DNA of 64,000 nucleotides from Dictyostelium discoideum (Eukaryota): NCBI GenBank assembly GCA_000004695.1, contig CM000153.2, positions 256,001 to 320,000 of the forward strand, read 5' to 3'. Shown piece by piece: positions 13,911 to 27,133 of this stretch (position 1 is its first letter; each line of letters starts with the position of its first letter). The notes under the pieces were generated by a model. It saw only the letters and a program-made list of their open reading frames with translations, ran no database searches and was not told where the DNA came from. The position numbers and the translations under genes were made by a program.

Positions 13911-16275
13911 TCAATGCCCATTCTTGTTCACTCCATTACCATTAGTATGACCATTATTATTTATATTATTGTTATTATTATTTATATTATTATTATTATT
14001 AAGATTTATATTTGAATTTGAAGTTTTAATTGGTAAACCTTTTTTTTGTCTAATAAATAATTTTAAAAGTTCTTGAAAATCTTTAATTGGAGAAGAAGGT
14101 TGTAATAATTTAATGAATTGATTGATAACTTCTTGAGAGACATTTAATTTTGGTAAAAGGATAGTATTCATATAGGTTAAGAATTCATCACCATACTTTT
14201 GAGCGATGGCTCTTAGGGATTTACCAATTTCCAAGAGAATTTGAGTTGAAGTGAAATCAGACATATTGAATTGATCAGATAGGGGTACTTGGAAGCAAAG
14301 GGGTACCACTTGATCATAGATAAAACTTTGGAAACCATTTACAGCATGTGGACCACCAGGAGAATAATCGTCAATCATTTTCTTCAAAATGACAAAACAA
14401 ACCTTTTGAATGGACTCTGAATGACTGCCACTAGCTTGACAACCACCAATAACTGTATTGAAAACCTGTTGAAATAGTAAAGGTAAATTGAGGGTTGAAG
14501 TTAGGGTAGAAGCTAAATTATGAGTAAACAAAGCTTGAATCAATTGGAAATAAGATTTCTTCAAATCATTTAACGCTCTTTCGGCATCTGAATGCTCGAC
14601 GGGTGGGATTGTGGTATTCAAAGATTTGTAAATTCTATCAACGATTGGACAAAGTGTTGGATTGATGACATCGAATAGCTCCTCTTTATACTTTGAGATT
14701 AGTTGATTGTAAAACACCAAAAACTCCAACAATATGTCTATCGTAGTTGCATGGTCCAATAGGATGGGCAAGATTTTCACTAACAATGGCTTCAAATCCT
14801 TTCCCAACACATCCACCATACGATGCATATAAAAGAAGGTTCTAGACTTGATATCCTCATTTGAGGGTATCAACGAGGGCAATTGAATGATCGACTCTAA
14901 CGAACGCTTGAAATAAACCTTATAGGTGCAATAGGCGTCGGGCTTCAACTGACCATTTGTAGCATTGAACGAGCTGAAACCCTTACTAAACGTACCAATC
15001 ACATTGATCAACTGAGTCAACTGAACTGTATAATAGAATTGATTCTCCTTTGTGTCACCTTTATATAACTGTTTTGCAATGATCTCCTCCATCTTTATAA
15101 TTGGATTATTTAATATCTTTTCAATATACAATGCCTCCTTCTCAATGGGTAAATTTGCACCACCAATTAAAAATCCTAATGATTCATAAAAATTCAATTG
15201 TTCTTCGAATGGCACCTCTTTTTGAATTTCATATGAAATGATTAAATGATTCTTCAAGGCATCAATGATATCATTAATGTATGGAAACATTTGAACTTTC
15301 AAATATTTTGCCAACTTATTTAACAAATAACCAGCTTTACTTCTAACCAAAGCATCCTTATTATGAATACCTCTTTCATCCAAGAATGATTTTAAAACTG
15401 ATGATAGATATTGTTGTTCATCCATTGGTATATACTTTGCATATCTAACAATAGTTTCAAAATAAATTAATGAAACAACTTGATGTTCTGTAATTGAAAT
15501 TGAACTTTGTGATAAAACTACAACCATTGAACCAAAGAATTTCTCAAATGATTTTAATGTTTCCTCTGATGTTGCTGATATACCTTCACCCATTTGAAAT
15601 AATAAATAAATTGAAACTTCAATATCTGAAAATGACATATCATCATCATCCTCCTCATCCTCATTATTATTATTTTTAATATTATTCGCATTTTTAACAT
15701 TATTTTTATTTGTATTATTATTATTATTATTAGTCGTATTATTATTTATATTATTTGTATTATTATTTATATTATTCGTGTTGTTGTTGTTATTATTATT
15801 CGTTTTATTTATATTATTATTTATAGTACCATTTTTACTATTTGTCGTATTTTTATTTTTATTATTATTATTTTTATTTTCTACAATTCTTTGAATATTT
15901 GTCGCTATAAAACTACCAACCATTTCTGGACAAATCCTAAATATATTTCTAAATAAATTTGATAAATCTTTTCTAAAATCTGCAAATTTAATATCACTTT
16001 CATCATCATCCTCTTCAATTCTACTTGTTTTATATCTCATTTTATTTCTAACTATTTGAACCAATAATGTAATATGTTGAATTTGTTTTTCATTTAAAAC
16101 TTTAATATTCTTTAATTTTTGAACATAAAGTGATGCTAAACCATAAACTGAATATGAAACATCATTCGATTCATTATTAAAGAATCGAAATAATAATTGT
16201 AACATCTCCTCTAATAATATTTCACCACTTTGAAATTTTTTATCAAATCCTTCTTGTTGTAATGTTTGAATCTAA

Positions 16276-16312
<37 letters not shown>

Positions 16313-17800
16313 TAAATATAATAATTATTAGTATGATTGATAATGATAATGATAATGATGATGATGATGATGATGATTAATTAATTAATTAATTAATTAA
16401 TTTATATAAAACTTACAGATTCTAAACTTCTTAAAATTTCCATACCAGTTAAATTAATTAAAGCACCAACTCTAATATTAAATTCTTGATCATCTAATTG
16501 AGCAAAATTAATGATATTTTTAATTTCCAATTGTTGAATTAATGTTAACTTTGCGAATGGATCCATACCTTTGTTTATGATCTCTTTGAAACAATCACAA
16601 ACTTCATCTCTAACAACTCTAACACCAAGATATTTACAAAATAATGGAATGAATTTATCATTAACAATCAATGAAATATCAATCCAACCAACATATGTTT
16701 TAATATTTTGTAATGTCATATTAATTAATGGTGGTGATTGATGATGAACTAAAATTTCATACCATGATGCTACAATCTTTGTAATTGCATTCTCTCTCAT
16801 TGTATCTTTCTATAAATATATAAAATAAATAATTATTAATATTAATAATTATTATTATTATTAAAAAAAAAATAAAAAATAAAATAAAAAATAAAAAATA
16901 AAAAATAAAAAAAAACCTTACAATAAATGTATTTTGAGCTAATTCAGCAGGACTTCTATGAACATCAAATGAAACAACTTCTTCATCAATTGATTTACAA
17001 ATTCTTAAGAAAATATCAATTGATGAATTACCTGGGCTTAACATTGATAAGAAATCATCAAAAAATGTTAACCAATTCTCCAAATACTCTTGTTTAAATA
17101 ATAATACCATAACTTGTGCATATTTATTTTTGATTGCTATAATAAAATTTAAAAATTTTAAAAGTTAATATAATAATTAAAATAAAAATAAAAAAAAATG
17201 TAGAAAGAAAAAAAAAAGGAAGTACAAGGTGACGTAAAAAAAAAATAAAAAAAAAAAATTTCGATTTTTTTTTTTTTATTTTTTTTTCGAAAAAATTTTT
17301 GCATAGGGAAAATATGAGAGAAAGTTTATAAACTTACCAGATTCTTCTTGATTGTTTACTAAATAAAGTCTGAACCAATTCATTAAACCTGTTCTTAAAT
17401 TTAATCTATCTGTTTTGCTTAATGTTTCATATCTTTTTTGAAAAAAATAAAAAATAAAAAAAAAATAAAAAAAGTGTATAAAAAAGTTAGAAAATTTATA
17501 CATTATTATAAAATGAATGTGAAATAATGTATAAAAGAATAAAAAAAAAAAATAAAAAAAAAAAAGATGATAATTATAATAAAAAGATAATAAATACCTA
17601 TGTAAGATAATTTCTTGAAAAACTTGTAAACAAAAGAATTTGACTAATACAATTTGAGTTTTTCCCAATCTTTCTAAACAAAATAACCATGCTTCTGGTG
17701 CAACTTTAATTGATTCTGTGTATGCTAATGCCTTTTGTTTAATGTCTTCTGAAACATTTGGATCAAAACAATAGATGATTGCTTTTTCAAATTCATCCAT
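13911..17800 (-). CDS. Exportin-T (tRNA exportin, XPOT/Los1 homologue); join(17800..17598,17432..17338,17136..16922,16809..16417,16271..13911)
   Basis: Five exons with canonical GT/AG and consistent phases. Strong similarity to XPOT: MDEFEKAI...KFFCLQVFQE, KDTMRENAITKIVASWYEIL, VGWIDISLIVNDKFIP, EVCDCFKEIINKGMDP, LQLLFRFF..., FETIVRYAKYIP. Confidence 0.85.
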
Positions 17801-17901
17801 TTAGATTTTATTTTTGTTTTTTACTTTTTTATTTTTAATATATATGTGTGTGTGTTGTTTCTTTTATTTTTTAATTATTTATATTAATTATTTATATTAA
17901 A

Positions 17902-17935
<34 letters not shown>

Positions 17936-18075
17936 GGTATTCCCTTTTTTTAAAATTTATTTTTTTATTTTTGGGGGGGGGGGGGGAAAAAAAAAAAAAG
18001 GGTTAAAAAAAAAAAAAAATATTAAAAAAATTAAAAAACTGTTTGTCGGTCGTTGTAGTAAAATTTTTTTTTTGG

Positions 18076-18112
<37 letters not shown>

Positions 18113-19078
18113 CAAAAAAAAAAAAAGCAAAAAAAAAAAAAAAAAAGGAAAAAAAGCAAAAAAAATTAAAATAAATTTTGAGAAGATAATTGTGAAAAAT
18201 AAAAAAATAATAAAAAAAATAATAATTAAAATAGAAAATAAATAAAAAAAATTAAAAAAAAAAAAAAATAAAAAAAAAAAAAGAAATTAATAATAATAAT
18301 ATAATAGTATAATAAATTTTCTTCCAAAAGTTTAAGTTTTTATTAAATTTAATTGCTTAATTATTTTTAGTAGTGCTATATGATTTTAAAAAATTTTATT
18401 AATTCACAAAATAAAAACAACATGTTATTTAATTTAGTAATAATTTGTATAATATTATATAAAAAATTATGATGTTTAATAATTTTTTTATTTTTTTTTA
18501 ATAATAATAATAATAAAAAAAAAAAAAAAAAAAAAAAGATACAATTTACCATCAATGAATTCAAGTGTTATTAGTACTACAACTATTTCAAAATCAATTA
18601 TCGTCATTTTAAAATGAGAAATAAAAAAAAAAAAAAAAAAAAAAAAAAATATCTTTGAAAACATTTTATATATTAAGATTTTTATTTTATATAGATTTTT
18701 TATTTTTAATTTTTTTTATAAAAATAAGAAATCATTCTAATAATATGAATTTCATATTTTTCTTTAACAAACAAATCTTCCAATTAATGTATTTTTGGTT
18801 TAAAATCTATTTTTGAGTCAACATCACTGATTGAGTCAATTACATTCTTTTTTTTTTTATTTTTTTTTTTTTTTTTTTTTTTTATTTTCAGAAATTGATT
18901 TTCTTTTTTTTTATTTTTTTTTATTTTTTTATTTTTAAAATTTCAAAAAAACAATTAAAAACGATAACTTTTTTTTTTTTTTTTTAATTTCTGTGTGTTT
19001 TTTAATTTAAAAAAAAACTTTGTTTCTTTTTCACACTATTTTTTAAATAATAATTTACTATATATAAAATAAATAAAA

Positions 19079-19497
19079 ATGTCAGGTCAACAAGAATTTG
19101 GTAAAATTATTGATGGTAAAGAGATATCAAGTCAAGTTAAAGAATCAATTAAAGATGAAATTACATTAATGAAAGAGAAAGGATTAAGAGCACCATGTTT
19201 AGTTGTAATTTTAGTTGGTGATAGAAAAGATTCACAAACCTATGTTAGAAATAAGAAAAAGACAGCATCAGATTTAGGTATTAATTCAATTGATATCCTC
19301 TTACCAGAACAAACTACTCAACAAGAATTAATTGATTTAGTTCAATCTTATTCTAAAAAAGATGATGTTGATGGTATTTTAGTTCAATTACCATTACCAT
19401 CTCATATTAATGAAGAAATTATTTTAGTAAGTCCCCCCTCTCTCTCCCCCTCTCCCTCTCTCTCAAAATAATAATAATATTAATATTTTCATTTTTA

Positions 19498-19588
<91 letters not shown>

Positions 19589-20215
19589 GTTATGTATAGA
19601 CCCAAATTGATGAAAGTAAAGATGTTGATGGATTTCATCCAGTTAATATTGGTAAATTAGCAATGAGAGGTAGAAAAGCAGATTTTGAACCATGTACACC
19701 AAAAGGTTGTATTGAAATGTTAGATAGAAGTGGTATTGAAATCGCTGGAAAGAATGCTGTTGTATTGGGTAGATCAAATATTGTAGGTTTACCAGTTTCA
19801 ATGTTATTATTAAGTAGAGATGCTACTGTTACAATTTGTCATTCAAAAACTCCAAGTATGTGTGTGGTGTTTTTTTAAAAATTTATTTCCAATCTATATA
19901 AAAAAAAAAAAAAATACTAATATTATTATTTATTGTTTAGATTTAAAAGAAAAATGTAGAGAAGCAGATATTTTAGTTGTTGCAATTGGTAAAGCAAAAT
20001 TAGTTAAAAAAGATTGGGTTAAAACAGGTGCTGTTGTAATTGATGTTGGTATGAATACTGATGAAAATAATAAATTATGTGGTGATGTTGATTATAATGA
20101 AGTTAAAGAGGTTGCAAGTTATATTACACCAGTACCAGGTGGTGTTGGTCCAATGACAATTGCAATGTTAATGAAAAATACTCTTGAAAGTGCAAAAAAG
20201 AAATTATTAAAATAA
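19079..20215 (+). CDS. Bifunctional methylenetetrahydrofolate dehydrogenase/cyclohydrolase (FolD / MTHFD2-like); join(19079..19426,19600..19855,19941..20215)
   Basis: GTAAGT at 19427 and GTATGT at 19856; ATAG and TTTAG acceptors. Motifs [79 protein letters not shown]. Intron 1 contains a (TTA)n tract. Confidence 0.85.
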
Positions 20216-20454
20216 AATAAAATAAAATTAATTTCAAAAAATAAAATAAATTTTTTAAAAAAACAACACCTTAGACATAAAATAATCTCAAACAAAACCT
20301 TTTTAAAAAATGAAAAAAAAAGATTTAATTTGAGATATTATTTTTTTTTTTAATTCATTTATGGGGGTTTGAATTTAATTAAAAAAAATGTTCAAAAAAA
20401 TATTTTTTAAATCAATTTGATTTTTTTATTTAAAATCATTAACAAGGGGGTATT

Positions 20455-20650
20455 AATCAATATTAAAATATTTTTTAAAGGGTTTGATAAAATACAAATT
20501 TTTTTTTTTTTTTTTTGTAAATTAACAAAAAAGTACTAAAAATAAATGAAGCTTACAACCCATTGATTATAAACAAACCAAAATATTATTTTATTATAAT
20601 TTAATTTTTTTTTTTTTTATTTAAATTTGTATTATGAAAAAAAAAAAAAG
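20455..20650. repeat. Copy 1 of a roughly 180-bp dispersed repeat, immediately upstream of the esterase start
   Basis: Shares GGGTTTGATAAAATACAAATTTTT...ACAAAAAAGTACTAAAAATAAATGAAGCTTACAACCCATTGATT...AATTTGTATTATGAAAAAAA with 25265-25440 at roughly 85 percent identity. Confidence 0.6.
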
Positions 20651-20712
20651 TATAAATTAATAAAGTTTTTTTTTTTTTTTTTCATTTTTAAAACTTTAAT
20701 TAAAAAAAAAAA

Positions 20713-22420
20713 ATGAATAAATTATTAGTTTTTATATTATTATTGTTATTATTAATTAATATTTCTTTTGCAAGAAAAAGATCATACATTAAAAACACAG
20801 ATGCTTCAATTGTTGTAACTCAATTTGGTGCAATTAAGGGTATTGTTGAAGATACTCATCGTGTATTCTATGGTGTTCCATTTGCTCAACCACCAGTGAA
20901 CCAATTAAGATGGGAAAATCCAATTGACTTAAAGCCATGGGAAAATGTTAGAGAAACTTTAACCCAAAAATCACAATGTGCTCAAAAATGTAATCTTGGT
21001 CCAGGTGTTTGCTCTCCAATTGGTACTTCCGAAGATTGTTTATATCTTGACGTTTTTACTCCAAAAGATGCCACACCAAATTCAAAATACCCAGTAATTG
21101 TTTATATTCCAGGTGGTGCATTTAGTGTTGGTAGTGGTTCTGTACCTCTTTATGATGCTACTAAATTTGCTCAATCATCAGTAATAGTTGTTAATATTAA
21201 TTATAGATTAGGTGTTTTAGGTTTTATGGGAACTGTAAGTTTTAATATACATTATTAATATATGTGTAATTTAATAAATATATTAATACCTATTATTTTT
21301 TTTATTGTTATTATCTCTTTTAATTATTAAAAAGGATTTAATGCATGGTAATTATGGTTTCCTTGACCAAATTAAAGCATTAGAATGGGTTTATAATAAT
21401 ATTGGTTCCTTTGGTGGTAATAAAGAAATGATTACAATTTGGGGTGAATCTGCAGGAGCCTTTTCAGTTTCAGCTCATTTAACATCTACCTATTCAAGAC
21501 AATATTTTAATGCTGCCATCTCATCATCATCACCATTGACTGTTGGATTGAAAGACAAAACAACCGCCAGAGGTAATGCTAATAGATTCGCAACAAATGT
21601 TGGTTGTAATATTGAAGATTTAACATGTCTTCGTGGTAAATCAATGGATGAAATTCTTGATGCCCAAGAAAAAGTTGGACTTACCTTTGGCGATAAAATT
21701 CTAGATGCTTTTACTATTTGGTCACCAGTTATCGACGGAGATATCATACCAATGCAACCATTAACCGCTGTAAAGGAAGGTAAAACATATGATGTTCCAA
21801 CCATTATTGGAAATGTAAAACATGAAGCTATCCCATTCATTTATTCATTTTTCCAAGATAGTGTTGGAATCGATTACTATAGAGTTCTCGTTGCTATTGT
21901 TTTCCCATTGAATGCTATGAAGATTTTACCATTATATCCAGCCGCTCCAAGAGGTCAAGATTCAAGACCAATTTTATCTGAATTAATCACTGATTATTTA
22001 TTCAGATGTCCAGATAGATATCATACCGTTACAAATGCCAAAAAGCTTTCATCCCCAACCTATCATTACCATTATGTTCATGTAAAATCAACTGGTCATT
22101 CATTGGATGCCTGTGATGATAAAGTATGTCATGGTACCGAATTATCACTATTCTTTAATAGCTATGAATTAATGGGTGAAAGATTGGATAATGATGAAAA
22201 GGAATTAGCTATTGATATTAATAACTATATAGTTAACTTTGCAACTACTCATAATCCAAACACTGGTTTAGATGTACCAGTCCAATGGAGACAAGTCACT
22301 TCTACTCAAAACTCAACTTTAATTTTGGAAACAACTATTGAAACTAAAGATACTTTTACAAATGATCCAAAATGTAATGCTTTAGATTTGACTTACTATA
22401 GAAATCAAGTTAGACCTTAA
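20713..22420 (+). CDS. Type-B carboxylesterase, cholinesterase-like (crystal-protein / D2 esterase family); join(20713..21234,21335..22420)
   Basis: Signal peptide [20 protein letters not shown]. The boxes EDCLYLDVF, GGAFSVGSG and GNYGFLDQ, the GESAG active-site serine and a C-terminal catalytic His region are present. One 100-nt intron (GTAAGT...AAAAG). Confidence 0.85.
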
Positions 22421-22619
22421 ATAATAAAAAAATTAAATTTAATTTTTTAATTAAAAAAAATAATATAAATAAAATTTTTTATATTTCATTTTATTTATTT
22501 ATTATAATTTCTTATGTAATCAAAAATAATAAAATTAATTAGTATTATTTTTTATTTTTTATTTATTTTTTTTAAAAAATTAAAACGATAAAAAAAAAAA
22601 AAAAAAAAGTGTAAAAACT

Positions 22620-22754
22620 TACATCATGAGTACCATGTGAAAAGTTGAGTCTACAAACGTTCACACCAGTTTCAATTAATTTAATTAAAGCTTCTTCACT
22701 CATTGTTTTTGGACCAATTGTACAAACAATTTTGGTTCTAACAAACACTTTCAT
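22620..22754 (-). pseudogene. Orphan pyruvate kinase first exon ([44 protein letters not shown] plus GTAAGT donor), with no downstream PK exons
   Basis: Diagnostic PK N-terminus ([10 protein letters not shown]...LNFSHGTH) followed directly by a GTAAGT donor at 22619-22614. The remaining roughly 470 codons of PK are absent downstream on the minus strand, where the esterase gene lies on the plus strand. Confidence 0.5.
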
Positions 22755-23294
22755 TATAATTTTATTTTATTTTTTTTATTTTATTTTTTAATTTTAATTT
22801 TTAGATATTGATAAAAACACAAAAGAAAAAAAAAAAAAAAAAAAATATTTTCGTTTTTATTTTCTTTTATTTTTTTTTTAGTATTATATAAAAAAAAAAA
22901 TAATTTAATTGTTTTATTTTTTTATTTTTTTTTTTATTTTTATTTTTGTTTTATTTTTATTTTTTTTTCATTTTTTATTTATTTTTATTTATTTATTTTT
23001 TTTAATATCAAAAATAAAATATCCTCTCGTTATTCTTTAAAATAAAATATAAAAAACAAATTTAGTTTTTGATTGAAAAAAAAAAAAAAAATTAAATAAA
23101 ATTAAATAAAGTTTTTATTTTTTTATTTATTTTTTTAAGACTGACTTAAATTGAGATTATTTTTATGGAAATAATTATTCAGTTGGATAAATTTCAAAAT
23201 ATTCAATGGCATACTTATGATGAATGATTTATTTTTAAATTAGTACAACTTTTTTTTAATCAATGTAAAAATATTGAATAATGTAATATAATTA

Positions 23295-23959
23295 TTATAA
23301 TACTTCTCTAAGTTCTTCACGTGTAATACATTTGTCATCATCAGAATCCACATCTTCAAACATTGAGTTGGCCAAGACTTTAGCTTGAGCTTCATTTGAA
23401 CCACTAGTAATGAAATATTGTCTGGCCTCATCCCAAGTAATTTTATTATCTTTATTTGAATCAGCCTATAAAATTTTATTTATTTTTTTATTTTTAAAAA
23501 TATTAAATTTCAATTACTATGTTTTTATGGGAAAGATTAATATTTATATATTTAATATATATATATATATTACCTTAAAAATAATATCAACGAATTTTTT
23601 TAAACAAGTTTCAGCTTCAATAATATAATCTACAAGTACTGCAGTTTTAACTTCATTAACCGAAAGTTTTCCATCTTTGTCAAGATCAAATAGTTCAAAT
23701 AATGAATTGGTTGCCAAAGTTGGGTTTGGGTATTTGCATTTCTTGTACATGTCATTAACTTCTTTCTTTGATAATTGGTTATCACCATTTTTATCAGCTG
23801 CTTTAATTGCTTCATTCTTTAATTTAAAAATATAAAATAAATTTTTTTTTTTTTTTTTTTTAAACGTTAAAAAAGTTTAACATATTAGTTAATAAATATT
23901 TAAACAACACTTACTGTTGCATTTGTTAATTCTTCAAGAAATTCCTTTTTAGTAACCAT
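23295..23959 (-). CDS. EF-hand calcium-binding protein of the Dictyostelium Cbp family, 152 aa; join(23959..23915,23816..23574,23465..23295)
   Basis: Three exons (GTAAGT and GTAATA donors, AAAG/ATAG acceptors), all phase 0. Protein [15 protein letters not shown] / [26 protein letters not shown]...[14 protein letters not shown]... / [18 protein letters not shown]...[19 protein letters not shown] carries EF-hand loops. Confidence 0.8.
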
Positions 23960-25264
23960 TTTTAATTCTTTTTTTTATGTTTAAGTTAATTTGTTAATAA
24001 AAAAAAAAAAAAAAAATTAATCTTAAATACTTTTTTTTATTTTTTTTTTAAAAAATTATTAATAATTTATAATTTTTTTAATACCAATATTTTGAGCAGT
24101 TTGGCAGTTCAATTGTTTACCAAGATACAAATTTAGATTAAAAAGTGTGAAGTAAAAGGGTTGAATTTTTTTTTTTTTTGTAAAATTTTGATTGGGGTGT
24201 GGGAAATAAAAACAGTTTTGTTTTTTTTTTTTTTTTTTTTTAATAATATGGTATGATTTGATTATCAAGACTAAAAAATAGAACCACAGTCACCCCAATC
24301 AATAAATTTAAATAAAATAAAAAAATAAAAATATAAGAACCCACACCAAAAATAAAAATTATTTTAATTCCCATTTTTTTTTTTTTTTATTTTTTCCAAA
24401 TTATATTCATTTTCTAATTTTTTACCCATTTAAAACAGTTTAAACAGTTTTCAAAATCACAAATCACCAATTGAAAACCTAATGGATCTCAATGAGGGTG
24501 GGTAAGAGTGTTTAAACATTTTTTTTTTTTTATTTTTTTTTTTTTATATTTTTTATTTCCTTATATTGATTTTGTTTTTTTAAATTTAATTATTATTTTT
24601 TTTTACAAATTGATTTTTTTTATTATTTTATTTAAAATTATGTTGAATTTATGATTTTATATAATTTTATAATAACAATCTTAACTTCACCACTTTAAAT
24701 CTAACAGATATATATATAAAAAAATATATTTTTTTTTGAAGTTTTTTGTAAAAATACACTTTAAATAATATTTATGGCTGGTAATTAAAAATGAAAATTC
24801 TTTTTCTTTAATTTCTTTATTCATTTAACTACAATGAAATTTATTATCAAAAAAAAAGAAAAAGACCTAAATAGCAAGCTTATAACTTGTTTATTATATA
24901 ATATAATTTATTCTAATGTATATCAATTGATGGTGGCGTAAAAACTGGTTATAATGTATTTTGAAGACTATTTTTATAAAATTCATGGGATTAGTTAAAG
25001 ATAAAGATATTAAATATTAATTTTCATTTTTTTGATTATTTTTTTTTTTTTGTTTTTACCTTCTTGATTGTTTTAAATTTTTTCACACCCCAAAACTGTT
25101 TTCCCCATTATTAACCACACAAAAAAAAAAAAAAAAAAAAAAAAATTAAAATTACCAAATTACAAATTACAAATTAAACTCCCAAATCAAAAAAGGATTT
25201 TATTGGTAATGTTTCATTTTCCAATAACAATGCCTTGATTAATTTTTAATCATAATTTTTTATT

Positions 25265-25440
25265 TTTTTGGGGGTTTGGTGAAATACAAATTTTTTTTTT
25301 ATTTATTTTTTTGAATTAAATTACAAAAAAGTTCTAATAATAAGTGAAGCTCACAACCTCATTGATTTTAAAAAACCAAAAAATTATTTTAATTTTAATT
25401 TTATTTTATTTTTTTAATTTGTATAATGAAAAAAACAATT
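25265..25440. repeat. Copy 2 of the same repeat, followed by a short signal-peptide-like ORF MKKTILLFSFIIPFFLIRRIQK*
   Basis: Direct sequence similarity to 20455-20650. Ends in ...TTGTATAATGAAAAAAACAATTC. Confidence 0.6.
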
Positions 25441-25651
25441 CTATTGTTTTCATTTATTATACCATTTTTTTTAATTAGAAGAATACAAAAATAAATTTTT
25501 TGAGATCTAATCTTAATAATTTTTAAAACCAATTTTTTTTATTTGGAACTTTGGTTAAAAACCCAATCAGTTTCAGATTTAATCTAAAAAATTCTTCAAT
25601 TACAATTTTTAACTGACTCCCAATCCATTTTTCATTTAATAGCCAATTATT

Positions 25652-25692
<41 letters not shown>

Positions 25693-25752
25693 ACAAGAAA
25701 AATTATTATTATTTTAATATTATTATTGTTAAACAATAAATCAAATTAAAAA

Positions 25753-27095
25753 ATGACTTTATCAGTGGAACAAATTTCAAAATTGGAGGAGTCTAAAATA
25801 AGAGCCAAGAAAGTGTATGAAAATTATGATGAAAAATTAAATAATTTTTTAAATGAACAATTGGTTGAATTAAAGAAACAAAACAACTCAATTTCAAATT
25901 TTAGTGAGAATGAAATTAAAGATTTGAAAATTTCATTCCAATCAATTCAATCTGAAAAAAGTGCCAATGAACTTTACAGTGAATTCCCATTTGAAGAAAT
26001 GTGGGCAATAATGGGTCTTGCATTGAGTGCTGATCCATCAGGTGTTGCTCCAATTATTTTCGGTGCTATTAATATTCTTTTTAATAGTCTCGGTTTATTT
26101 AATTCCCAAGAAAGATTGTAATTACTTAAAAACAATTAAAATAATAATTAAAAAAAAAAAAATATATTTAAAAGAACTAATATAATAAATTTAAATTTTT
26201 TTTTTTTTTTAAAATAATAAAAAAAAAAAAATTAAAAAAAAAAAAAATTTTATGGTTTTAGCTTTAAACAAATAATGGAAGCAGTTGAAAAATTAATTGA
26301 CCATAAGTTAAGTCAAGAAAGAGAGAGACAATGTATAATTAAATTCCAACAACTTCAAAAAACTGGCGATGACTATTTTGTATTAGCTGAAGAATATTTT
26401 TCAAGAAATGGAAATAAAAATGTTAGTCGTAGTATTATTCCAAATGATATTCAAGTAATGACTAATGAACAACTTAATTCTTCACTTCAATTTCAATTAA
26501 TGATTTATCGTGATAAAATAACTGATGGTTTAATTTATTTTAAGGAAGAAAGTGAATTAGTAAGTTTTTTAATATTAATTCATTTATTATTAAAAAAATT
26601 TTTATTAATTATTCTTTTTTTAAAAAAAAAAAATAAAAATAAAATTAATAAAAAAAAAAGATTAATACCATTGGTTTTTATATTTTAACAGCTTCACAAT
26701 ATCTTTGTTTACAAAGAGATTGTCATCTTTATGGTAAAGAATGGGGTTTCAGTGATTTTGATGTTGAAGATGCAAAAAAAAAAATTCATGATTATACAAT
26801 AGAATTTTTTGAAATCACTGTTAAATCAGGTTGGAAACTTTCCCGTCATATGCATAGCGAAGAAACTTCCCCAATTTTTGGTTATTATAGACCACCATAC
26901 TTTGATGTTGTAAGAAAATTCAAAAATGCAGACTTTACCTATTATCCTCATAGAGCATTTGATTACCAAAGAAATGTTGGTGAAATTCATTTTAATTGTG
27001 GTGATGAAAGAGGTTCCCATTTACTTTACCCAGGTTTAATTGTAGGGTTTTCTCAAGTTACCAATAGTTTATCTTCTGGGTTTAAAGTAATTTAT

Positions 27096-27133
<38 letters not shown>

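Noticed and set aside
17934-18245. ORF MVFPFFKIYFFIFGGGGGKKKK... (103 aa)
   Set aside because: Pure translation of poly-A, poly-G and poly-T intergenic low-complexity sequence; no codon structure.
21490-21840. 116-aa minus-strand ORF inside the esterase gene
   Set aside because: Antisense of a well-supported coding exon, with no independent signal.
23544-23815. ORFs 23630-23815 and the extended 23544-23750 on the minus strand
   Set aside because: The first is out of frame; the second is exon 2 of the Cbp gene read through its intron. Replaced by the spliced model.
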